Assembly: GCA_964036045.1 (NCBI GenBank)
Contig: OZ038379.1
Location: 10,602,001-10,666,000 of the forward strand
Direction: 5' to 3'
Length of the DNA: 64,000 nt
DNA from: Eutreptiella sp. 'Long Island Sound 2002'
Lineage: Eukaryota > Protista > Euglenida
Under the pieces are notes generated by a model that was not told the DNA's origin, made no database searches, and worked only from the letters and a program-made list of their open reading frames with translations. Below are positions 46,304 through 57,745 of the stretch, one piece after another (the first letter of the stretch is position 1; each line of letters begins with the position of its first letter). The position numbers and the translations under genes are program-made.

Positions 46304-49300
46304 GTGGACCCCGGGGGGGACCGGCTGAAGTGGGCGGGTGCTGTACTGCAACCTCTTCGTATGCCCACTTCAGTGCAAGGCCACTGTGCCATGCCACCGA
46401 TGATCTTTCATTGCTGACGTTTGCTTCGTGCCCCCACTTTGTGCTGTCGTGGTATGCGAGTTGTCTTGAGCATCTGCTTCCCACAGTGGGGGAGGGGGGG
46501 TCGGAGGGGGGCATCTCTCTGCTTGCCACCACCATTGCCTCCTCCGGTCCCTCCCGTGGCACCTGCGCCTTTTTTTCCCCTGTTAAGGCCCCTGCAGCAT
46601 GTCACTGATGATGTATCATTGCTGACATTTGCTTTCAGCTCCCACTTTGTGCCCCAGCGGTACACGGGCTGTCTCAAGCATCTGATCCCACAGCGGGGGC
46701 AGCGAGGCCCGGTTTGAGGTGCAACTGGACCCTGCTGAGACACAGAGCCTACGCAATGGTCCAGCAGGCCACGATAGTCATGGCATGTGGTGCAGTGGGG
46801 AATCACCGGTCTGCATAGGCTCACATCCGCGCATGTCTTTCTGGCTCCTGTGGCCCTTACACAAAGGGAGGCACTGCAATTTGCGTTGTTCGGCATTTCT
46901 CCGCATTTCCTTGTAGTTCGTGGTTCCTGGATTCTGTGGTGCATGTCGTTTGTACTGTCACTATGCGGTTGCGAGCCTCCGTGATCAACTGCGGAGCGTA
47001 GCGCAGTTCGTTTGGATAGTGTCCTGCAAAAATATATACGTATGCCCGATGTGCCGCCTGTGCTTGTGGTCATCGCCCTGTGGCTTTTGCTGTTCCTGGG
47101 CCTCCAAATTATTGGGTGTTGCAGTCGGAATCATGTCGGCAAACTCAGGTCAGCTGGAGTTGTACCTGCTCGTCTTTTGCCATTCTGTGTCCACACCCGG
47201 GCGGCGTGGTAGTCGGTGCATGCGATATGCAGCAGATTGCATGATGGCTTTTTGAGGCATCAGTTGCCTGCACAGTCCTCACGGCCCAACCTCGAGAACT
47301 GCCGCGTGCTGCTGCCTGCATGTCCTACGAATCCGTAGCAATAGGGGGCCACAAATATGCACGAGGCTCGCAATCTGCAGGCAGCAGCCTCGACGCAGTT
47401 TGTAGCAGGCCTCAGCGGCTGTTCGTTGTTGTTAAGTGGGGCGTTTCCAAAGCACGATGGTGTCATGCAGGATGGCCACAGCAAAAATTCTGGGAGCCGC
47501 CAGTGGAGGCCATGACTAAAGCTGCGCTCTTTAGGCCCTTTGTGCCTTTCCAGATTGTCGAAAAAGGCTGGCGACTCCTCTGGGGAACGCGCGGAAAAAG
47601 TTCCAAACAATACGATCAGTTGGAACAACAAGGGCTACACTACAGCGTACCATTTTGCCGCACTTTTTTCGAACTTTTTTTTTTATAATGCTGTTGGATC
47701 GCATTCCGCCCACGTCTGACGTCCGTCTACCCGCGAGCCCCTGAGTTGATAGTCAAGTCTCCTACGTCTCACAGTGCGTCGGCGCAGCTCTCACGTAACT
47801 GGCTGCTTCAAGGGTCCTGCTTGTATCTTCGTTTTGTAAGATACTTCCAGTGCCACAGTTCGTGTTCGCTGTACTTTTGGCAAGACGCTGAAATCTTCTC
47901 ACCTGCGAGCCATTGACTCCGACGCATCCATCCAAGCCCAAGCCCAAGCACAGCGAGCTTGTTCTTGCCTACGCAGTGGGGCCGACAACACCATAATAGC
48001 TCGTTGGGGGCTGGGGGCTCATTTGTGCGTCTGACAGAGTTTCTTGAGTCTCTTTCAGTTACGGTGGGTTGTCAACAGTTTTTTTTTACCCGAGATTTAG
48101 GCCTTGCACACCTGAGGCCACAACCCGCCTCACAGCTGCGCTGCTGCGCCAACCCTCAAGGACACAGGTCTATGCCCCGTCTCTTGTCTCTCTCCCCTCT
48201 TGTCTCCATTGCTGTCACAGTGGTCCATTGGCAGTCCCCAGTCCCTGGTCCACAGCCGAGGCCCCTTCTGAGGCCAAGGCCCTCCACAGCTGAGGGCAGT
48301 GTTCTCTGTTCCTTGCCCAGCAGACAGCAACAGGGCTGCTGTCCATGCTGCCAGCCCTGCCTGTACTCCTACTCTTGCCCGCGCACACGTCCCCGCCCCT
48401 TGATCTGCTGATCCATGCCGTGGTATCACATGTCGTGAATGGCATAACATATATAGCAACGCTACCTCCGATCCTTCCAGGAAGCATCAGGGGGCTCCTG
48501 AGGACGTTCAGGCAGAGAGTGTCTGAGGTAGCAGTGATGGGTAGAGGAGAACGCTGGATATCAGGCTGCCTGGACAGGTACACTACCGGTCAGCTTGCGT
48601 GCAGCTCATCCCATCCAATCTCTGCGGAAACCCTGAACCTCCAAGTTTTTTCCCCTAAGGTCAGAGCAAGCCTGAACCCCCAGGTTTCGCCCCTGTACTG
48701 AATTGGATTGTTTGAGCAGCGTACAACAAGAACTACAAACTACAAACTACAAACTACAAGAACCCCAAGGATCGCGCTTCTGACACCAGTTCTAGGTACC
48801 AGTAAGACTGAATATGACACGGCATGTGAGCATTATGTATCAGATGATAGGCATACGAACAAGGCGTTGCGGAAGGTGGTACGAGAGAGTGGTCTGGAGG
48901 GGGTCTCAACAGTGCACGGAGTCGTCATTCATTGCCACAGGCATCCAACCGGGGGCTGTGGCAATGGCCGCACAGTGCAGCACTACTAGGTCCTGGGGTA
49001 GGAGTCGTTGGTGGAGGAGAAGGCACGATTTACGAGGAGACAGCGCATTGATGGCTCTTGTATGTGCTCCCCCCCAAAATTAGGCCTCCGCAGTAACCCC
49101 ATGGCCTAGTGTTCTGCGCTGGGGTCTTGTCTGCACACAGGACTTCAGGCATCACAGGATGATTTGCAATGTTGCATAATTCTCATTTAGCGTTGTTTCG
49201 GACTCTGTTTCGAGGGGGTCCCAAGCACGCCACCCAAATTTTCGCCAGATGCTGTCGGTGTACGTCACAGGCAGCACCGTCCTCCTAGGGCCCCCGTGTT

Positions 49301-52300
49301 TCAGACAGTGGTCTCCCACATGACCCCCTGGTAGCTCTTGTGCATTATAAGAGTTGCTTGGCAGATTGAGCAGTGCTGCAGTGTAGTGGTGCCTAATGCA
49401 TCCATTCGCTACAAGATATTGGGTTGACTGGAACGGAGAAAGCCACCCAAGAATGTCCTGCACAGCCGAGATGGGCAGGATGTTTTGGAATCAGTGAGTG
49501 CATGAATGGCGGTTGTTCTTCTTCGAGTGTGAGGGGCAAAAAAGATGACTGTTGCTCATCACAACAGATTGCACGAGAGGTGTAGCCAAACGGATTACAC
49601 ACGTATGAACGTACCGTCATTCGCAGTTGAATGAGTGAATGCTGATGTGACAGCATCGAAAAGCCACAAGGGATTGTAGTAGGTACATGTCACAGCCGTG
49701 CGTTAGGGGGGAATGTTAGCGCGCCGCGCACCTTTTGTGACAAACAGCAAATCACTCTTATGCAAATGCAGGCAACAATCTATTGAATTGGTGGAGAAAG
49801 ATGCAGTTGCCTGTTGGTTTCTGCAACGTGTTCGTTCTGCAGGACAGGCATCATCCGTCAACTCACAGAGTATATATAGCTATGAGCTGTGTAGTTGCCC
49901 AGCAGGGGCTGTGCAATGGTCCGCACGGGCAGCATTGCAGAGTCTGGGAGGCTCGAATGTTGCCTTTATGACCTTGCCTCCGAACCAGGTCTCCACAAGT
50001 TTTTTGTGCATTTGCTCGCTACACACTTTAATCCCCCCCCCCCCCCTCAGCTGGCTGACAAATCCCCCCCTTTTAATTTGCCCCTTGTCTTCAGTAGACC
50101 ACCATAGCCCAGGAAAATAGCATATTGTGGGAAGGTAGGGGACTGGGAGGGGTTGGTAAGTGGCAGATCTGCAGTTACCAAGGGCAGTTGGTGGTCAACC
50201 CACAGCAGTTGGTGGCTGGCTGCCACTTTCTTTGGCTGACTTGCAATGGGGGTCTGCCATTTCTGTCGTCTTTCAACGGTTAGGACAGTCTAGGATTGCA
50301 ATGCGGATTTTCTTTGGCGAATGGTGCGCTGTGCGTGCGCTGCGCAGTTTTCACACTATCCCATACCAGAGAGGCATACTTTGTGGTACTGTGGGCTTCA
50401 TTGTTGTTTGATAATCGTAACTAGGACTGAATACCACACTGTGCCCTCGTCCGTGGCCTTATCTCCGTCCTTGTTTGTGCCCATGTTTGTATCCCCACAG
50501 AGTAACGTAGAGGTGGTTGCAATATATTGGTGGCAAAGGTTTTTATATCCCAGGGCACGTTGCTGTGCTGTATTGACGGTATAGAACCACAATTTGCTGC
50601 TTTTTCTGTCACAGTTCGTGTCCCTAGGAACCCGCAAGAAACCTAATGGTGTTCTAGCTAGAATGCGTTTTCTAATTGGCTAGAATACCATTAGAACACC
50701 TCATAATTTCCCCTTATCTGTTCCAACACGTTATGCGGTGTGCGTGCGGTGCAGGTACTACCTCCCAAGCCAACTTCTACATCCACGTAGGACCCCAAAG
50801 GTCCAGCCAGATGAGCTTGAGCTCCTGGGTCTTGCACACACCTTGCACGAACCCTGCAAGGTTCCTAGTCTCTCCAGGTCCTCACATACAGCAAGCAGTG
50901 TACGGCCAGGCCATTCGAGGACAAGCCTTCGTGTTACTGCCATCAGCTTTACTGCCATGATCCTTGCTGCCATGAGCCTCTCGCCCTGACGGTGAATTGG
51001 GGGCCTCATTCACCCGTTTGTCCACAACAAACAAGTGATACCGTTTGTCCATTTGCCCCCCCCCCCCCCAAGGTTTCTACACAAGTGATCCTAGTGATCC
51101 TATTTGTCCACAGGTGATCCCAGTGATCCCGTTTGTCCACAGGTCGTCCCCCCATTTAAACTGTCCACAGGTGATCCTGTTTGTCCACAGCTACGAGTTG
51201 TTGTGTTTTCCCATTTGCTCTGCCTGATCCCATTTATCCACAACAACCACAAAGGATCCCATTTGTCCACAAGAGATCTCATTTGTTCACAACCAACCAA
51301 TCGTCCACAGCCCAAAATGATTGGGGCGGGCGGGTTTTCAACACTGGCAAGGTTGGGGGGGGTGTCAATACAGCCCTCTGGCTAGAACCCCCCCCCCCCA
51401 AAAGGGGCCCTAAATCGACGCCCCCCCCCAAATCCTATAGAGACTGACACCCAGGCCCCGGTGGTGACAGCTCTGGCAATATGGCAACCGGGCCCCCGAA
51501 CACCTGGCCAATACGGTAAGCTCATTAACATGGTTTCCTACCCCGTCCAGTTCGTCACAAACATATCCCAATACAAGAACATGGAATGTGAAGTGCTTCA
51601 CTCAGTATGCGCACCTGGACTTGGGCCTGAAGTCATGGCAGTATCTCCTGAAAGATGGTGTCACTCGACGTTAGCCATACGTTGGCATTGACACCAAAAA
51701 AAACGAACCAGCTGAAGCATGTGATACCTCAAAGGCATGGTGCTCCCAAAGAATGTGTATATGTATTTCTAGATTTCAGGTGCTGTGGATTATGCAGTTC
51801 ATGCGCTGCTGCTGGCACCACACATCGCAGGAGCTGTGGTGTTCACATAGCCGGCCTTGAGGCGTGGCACTCTTGAGAGTGCATCTGCAGGCGCCGGCCT
51901 CTGTCACACACGTCAGATGGTGCACGATGGCCGAGATGGCCTGCGAGGGAGCCCCTTCCTCTGTCGGCAAGATGGAGTTCCTTAGTCCAATTGCGATCCA
52001 ACTGGAGAGCACGGAGGGGGTTTGACCACCATCACGCCCAGGCTCCTTCAAATGCATTCCCACAAAAAAACGTCGCAGAACAGGTCCCAGAAAAGGACAC
52101 CCCGTTCCTGGCAGAGATACACCCAACTGCGGCACAGCCGATGTGTTGGTCCGCACTGCAATCTGACCAGAGGACTTTTCGGGTACCCAGTTCACACGCC
52201 AAGTTTCTTGAGGCAAATGTGCCTTCTCGTGCCAATCAGGTGCTTTATGTATCCCCTGCCGCAGTCTGCTTCGTGCAGTGCAAGCAGAGCGCGCCCCACG

Positions 52301-54608
52301 TCCACCACACGGCAGTACAGGAGACGCATTGCTCCGAACGGTGTCTTCCATCCATTCACATGCGCAATGCATGCAGACCATTCTGTGGTGTATCATGATG
52401 GCCGTGTCCTTCTGACTTTCCGATGAGGGTCAGCCGGATGCTGGCTCGACAGACAACCCCCTGAACTCACTACATCACGTTGGCACCAGCAGGGAGCTTA
52501 GGTGGTGGAATGACTCACGCGCCTTGGCTGTGTGACTGAACCTACGAGGCCCCGTTGCCAAGTTTCTCCCAAGCGCACGCTTTGACACAGGTGCACACTA
52601 TTTTTTTTTGTGGGCAATGCCGCAAACCCCCCAACAGCGCTGCACAAGAAGCTTCATGAACAGGGGAGGCTGAGGTTGGCTCGCTTGTTGCTCCTCTACA
52701 TTGAAGGTGTGTTGGTGCTGCTACCGCTACCACTGCCTGCAGTTTGGCGCCTGCACATGCACTTGCACGGTTCAAAACACAGAGCTATGGAAAAGTCTCC
52801 GATGGATGCTGCTGCATTTGCTGTTCCACCTGTTGGCAGAAGTAGCGTGATATTGTGTGGTAAGGTGGTCGGCTTCCCACAGAGCTTCTCACAGTGGGAA
52901 GGCTCATTCCAGCCCCTCAAGGGTTTAGCATGAGGTTGATCGTGAAAGGTATTGTATGGGCGTGGAACCAGACATGTTAGCAGAAGGTGCCCCCTCAAAA
53001 GGCCTTTGAGGAGCCGCTGTGATCGCACTGCGATCATGTTATCACTGAGGAAAGCATGGCTGATTCAGGACTATCAAGCATCCCTCGCCCACAGCCAGTC
53101 ATGGGATGCTGTATGCCGTGAACACATGAACTTGGAGGCGCTGATGCCTTTGTTTGCCTGAGCCAGCTGGCGATCTAGGTGTTGGAATAAAAAAGTAAAA
53201 ACAAAGAATATCAATTGTGATTGTGTGGAGTTGCCTTTGGCAATGCCACAGCAACTTCTTCTGCGGAGAAGTCTGTGTATGTTGAGACTGCGGCAGTGTG
53301 CTCCGTCCCATGGACTGAAGTTTTCCCCACCAGTGTACAAAGTTTCAATTTTGTTCCCCTGATGGAAAACTCGTTAAGACGGGGCCCAAGGGTGCGGTTG
53401 CCTGCCCCAAATTTGCATTGTGCCGAGTTGGACCTGCCTGTGCGTGCGCGCCACATGAATAGTCAACTTGCATGGTTTCAGAGTTCATTTCATGTTGTTG
53501 CGCTTTTTTCTGTAACCCCCCTAGACTTGGCAGTGGCTTCACTCCACCTCCGGCCCTGTTGCTTGCTGTTGCTGCTTGCTGGCGCTGCTAGATGCTGTTG
53601 CCAGTTGTTGACCGACACACCATGGGCGTCCCCAAGGGTCGTGAGCTATTTGGTGACTGGCAATACCACTAGCTCCATGTGTCGGCTACCCACTGTAGGT
53701 ATGGCCTTGCTCGATTGCCCAGCTCTACTCCCCTCCAATAATGGGCACAACTAACAAGGCAACTGTGGGAAACCCGGCAGGGGTTGAAAGAGCATAGTGG
53801 GAAGTATGACACCCCCGCAAGCACAGATGGTTGAGGTTGACTACATGATGCCCGCCGACACTCCCCCAAGTACCGGCGGGTTTGAGTTGAGACACTTTTT
53901 ACCATGGGTCCCACATAGTCTCAGGTCTGGTATGAGCCCCCTCAACGTCCTTGACCACCTTCTAATAGGTGAAAAATGGCCATGCTGACCCATGCAATCC
54001 CCATGACCTTCTTCTTTTCTGGCTATCTTTGCCCCGCTTTCTCCTTCACCCGTTTCTACAGGGCATCTTAATGGTCCTGGGCTGTGTCGCAGAGTTGACG
54101 CTGTTCGTGGACCCAACAGCCGAAAAATCAACACTGGCAATATTCCAAATGAAATGAAACGGAGATCCACACAAGCCGGCGTCTCACAGCCGTGAACGCA
54201 CCCTGCTGCGGAGAAAAAAGTAGTGTCGGAATCAGTGCCGTTTGACTGGTGGATGGTCATTGCACAAAGTGGCCATGTGCAACGGGACGGGGGGGGACCC
54301 AAAATCAGATGAGAGGTCCTAATCATCCTCCTCCTGTGGAGGCCAGTGCAGTGGGATGAAACTCAGGCATGCAGGACGAATTTCGAGGCATTCAACATGA
54401 AAATTGAGGCAGGCATGCACGATTTTTTCTGAAGATGTCATTTTGCATCGCATTTTGCATCGCATTTTGCATCACCGCACCTAATGAACATGGATTTTGC
54501 ATCTCATGCAGCCTGTCCTTGGGATAAATCAGAATTTTGCAGGCCAGTTTGCTGAAATACTGTAGGTTTGTATTGCTGTGTCCCCTGGGTTTGTCAGCGG
54601 GAACGGTA

Positions 54609-55185
54609 CCCCCCCCCCCTTGTATAAGCTACGCCCTTGTCCAAGCTACAGTAGGCGTAGGGACCGTAATAATTGTGTACGTAATTTTAATTACGTACGA
54701 AATGTAGTGCGGCCACATAAGACATGGGTTTGTCATCACATTTGCCAATTACATGGAGCCATGGACACATGCAACATGCCACATGCAAGGCAAGCTCATT
54801 CCCAAGAATTTGAAGTTGTCCGAGCCCAAACCAGCCCCTAAGCCTCAGCCAAAGGCATCTTCAAGTGGTGAGCATGTGCAATTGTTCCGCATGGTGTATG
54901 GTCGCAAGAAGGGTTTCCAAGCCGAACATTTGTAGGCTTCGCATTCTTCATTGCTTGTGCCAACATGGGTGTGAACCTGAAAATTTCATGTTCCCAAGGC
55001 TGTCTTGTGTTTGCATACACTTGGAAATGTGGGCAGAGGTCAAGGTGCACCCATACCATGCGCGCGCGCACGTTTGTGTTGGTAGTTGTATGTGTTTCGC
55101 GCAAGCTACGCCCTTGTCCAAGCTACAGTGGGCGTAGGGACCGTAATAATTCCGTACATTGGCGTAGCTTATACAAGGGGGGGGG
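54609..55185. mobile_element. TA-flanked poly-C/poly-G TIR element (AAGCTAC subfamily, 577 bp) with internal ORF remnant
   Basis: TA|C11-TTGTATAAGCTACGCC ... GGCGTAGCTTATACAA-G9|TA; 49-bp direct repeats at 54626-54674 and 55103-55151 (48/49 identical). Confidence 0.92.
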
Positions 55186-55796
55186 TACTTGGTCACATAC
55201 CTCTGGCACAATGCGCTGGACAATTTTTTTTTCCAGGGTCAGCCCCTGTTGAAACGGCACTTTTGCCTACCCCCCCCTCCCCCCCACCGTCAAGCTGTAA
55301 ATATGGAGAGAGTCGCAAGAACTGCTTACAGCTGTACGAACTGCCGAACATTGCTGCATATGGATACCAGGGCGTACAAGTGTGGAGCGCCTTTTGACCT
55401 GCAAGTGCCCCCCCCCCCCCGATATAACCCCCCTCATTGAACGAATGAATCGCACACACACTCACCCAGAGGATCCTGTGAGACAGCTTTTTCCGGACGA
55501 ACCAGGGACAGATTCAGAGGGTCTGGTGTCGTCTGATCAGGGCAGCCAGTCGGAATGCTCCACTATTGAATCACCTAGGCACGGCATTGTTGACGACTAC
55601 CTCTCTGATGGTAGTCCGAGCGACCGCTCCCTCTCCTCTGATAACGAGTTCAGCACGGATGTCAGCTCCACCAGGAAACGACGGAAGTAGAATCGGACTT
55701 GAGAACTCTCCCCCCCCTGAGAGAGTCACGCCATCGAGAAATGAATGATACAAGCGCCATTTTTCGGCGAATTCCGCTTTGCGGCGTACAGTATCA

Positions 55797-56352
55797 TCCA
55801 TATAGTACAATGGTATCATCAGCGGCCCTGGCGCCGGACGGCGGGGGTTCGATACCCGGAGCGTGGCCTGTGGTGGCTCGCAATGGGTAGCTCTACTGTG
55901 GTGACAATAAATACTTGGGTTCCAACCAGGAGGACTTTATACAGTATTGCACTGAAGCATCAATGATCTAGCGCCCCTTTGGACAAGAGACATGGACGGT
56001 CTAGTGGTATGCGCCATGGCTGGCGCTCGTCATGGTCGGGGGTTCGAACCCCGGTTCGTCTGTCCGTCCAGGGGTCCGTTGGCGAGGCCCCCGCCACCGC
56101 CCCCTCCAGCAACCCGCTCCGCCACCGGTACCGCCGGCGCGTCGGGTGGCGTGTCTCCTCATCGTTTTGTCTAGTGATGGGCTTAGCACAGGGACTCAGC
56201 AAAAGCAAAGCCCCAGCCACAACACACCTGCAGCAGCGCGCTCCGCCAGAACCGCCGGAACCGCATCTCCTCCTCATACTCCTCTTCAGCGAGGAATCGA
56301 ACCTTCATCTTCAGGGCAGCGACCGGCTGCATTGCCGCTGCGGTACGCGACC
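55797..56352. other. Three tRNA-derived Pol III-type heads (SINE-like): 55797-55866 (+), 55993-56070 (+), 56291-56352 (-)
   Basis: A-box-like TAGTACAATGG / TCTAGTGG / TACCGCAGCGG paired with B boxes GGTTCGATAC, GGTTCGAACC, GGTTCGATTC; stems are too broken for functional tRNAs. Confidence 0.55.
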
Positions 56353-57721
56353 AAAAGCCTGCATTATGCACACCTGCCCACAGGAATGCTCTGTCTGAAT
56401 GGATGATATGAACCAGAGGCTGGGCCTGCGGCCCCCTCACAGCCACGTTATCGCCACAGTGTCTGAAGTCATATGAATGAGATAGAGCCTAACACACACA
56501 CACACCACTGACCCCTCTCTATGAGTGCTGACGGACGACATGACAGGTTGGCCGATTGAGAGCCAGCGTATCGCAAGCCTGTCCAGCCGCCTGTGGACCT
56601 CAACCCCCAGTACGTTAACATGCAGGCTAGAGGTTTTGGCCGACAAAACACGGCCAGAAAAGGGTAACTAGGCAAACATCAGTGCAACCTGTACATACGC
56701 AAAAGTGCTCGTGGAACCAGCGTATCAATGGAACTGCCGAACATTGCTGCATATGCATACCAGGACGTGCATGTGTGGAGCGCTTTGTTGACCTGCTTGC
56801 GGCCCCCTTTTGCAGGGGGGTCGCTTGCCTCAAAAATTCACCGTGCCAAAGGCGTCGGAGAAAAATCTTCCCCTGGTTGCAATGGAGCTGTAGGGGGCAC
56901 TCTTAGCACGGTGCGCACACGGTGCAAAGTTTGGGTATGTCTAGAAACCATACATGCCAGTTGCACCCACCTGGAAAGCATCTCGGAATAAATAACAGGC
57001 ATTGGACGGAAGCATTCAGGAATTAACAGCAACGATGCAGGAAATTGCAAGCAAGCACCCAGGATTGTAATAGCAACCATCAACCTGGAGGGTCCTGCGC
57101 GGGATGGTTTACCGGCGTTTGGCCCCTGATACGTAGCACGGTGTGCGCAAGATGCAAAAACCCCCTACTGTGGGAAAGGTGCGGTTTGGGTTCCTGCGCA
57201 TGGTCCCTATGGGGGTGGGGGGCAGGGCGTCATTTGGTGACCGTTCCTCCCGGGGGTGGGGACTGTCGCGCGTTCTGGTGCGACTGTCCATGGGGGCAGG
57301 GGGCTTGCGACGGGTCCAGACCACAACCCCAGCCTGTCAGCAGCCTTCAAACCACTTTGTGAACGGACATGCACTTGGCAGAACGATTGCATCCCATTAA
57401 AAAGGTTGTTCTGCACAAAATTTTACCGCGTAGAAGAGCTTGAGACTGTGTTCTCATCATTGAAAAAATCGACCGTCATCAGGACACACCAGTGCAATTA
57501 GCTCAACACCATTGCCTCTGCTGGAACATCACTTCCACTCTTTCACGAGTTGCCGCGGACCCTCCAAACCTATGAAAGAAATTTTTTGAAGTGGCTGCCC
57601 CAGGCGTGCAGACCACCTCTTCAGCTATCCTTGTGGTGGTGTGTGCCGTGCTTCCCGCGCCTTAAACAGATTGGTCGGTGCTCAAGCTCAAATTGATGGA
57701 TGCCACATGAGACCCTCAAAA

Positions 57722-57736
57722 CGTTCCTTTCTACAG
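57722..57736 (+). promoter_or_regulatory. Putative spliced-leader trans-splice acceptor of HSP70
   Basis: Pyrimidine tract plus AG (CGTTCCTTTCTACAG) 9 nt before the ATG; SL trans-splicing is general in Euglenozoa (inference). Confidence 0.5.
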
Positions 57737-57745
57737 CTAAGAATC

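Larger units (their letters stand above)
41765..51468. mobile_element. 9.7-kb segment bounded by long inverted repeats (possible foldback-type or large TIR element)
   Basis: 42023-42366 is the reverse complement of ~51010-51447, with 42181-42327 vs 51162-51308 identical at 145/147. After removing the MITE at 41789-42022 the match extends to 41765-41788 vs 51445-51468. No convincing TSD. Confidence 0.55.

Noticed and set aside
47260-53760. Assorted 100-200-aa ORFs in the decayed regions (also 5220-5999, 11430-12230, 14098-14762)
   Set aside because: No recognisable motifs, frequent stops in neighbouring frames and no consistent splice signals; possibly old TE debris but not assignable by eye.
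55797-56070. Functional tRNA genes
   Set aside because: T stems have only three pairs, and the D and anticodon arms do not fold; treated as tRNA-derived repeats.
57500-57745. Heat-shock elements upstream of HSP70
   Set aside because: No run of three alternating nGAAn units, and promoter-level HSF control is not established for Euglenozoa.
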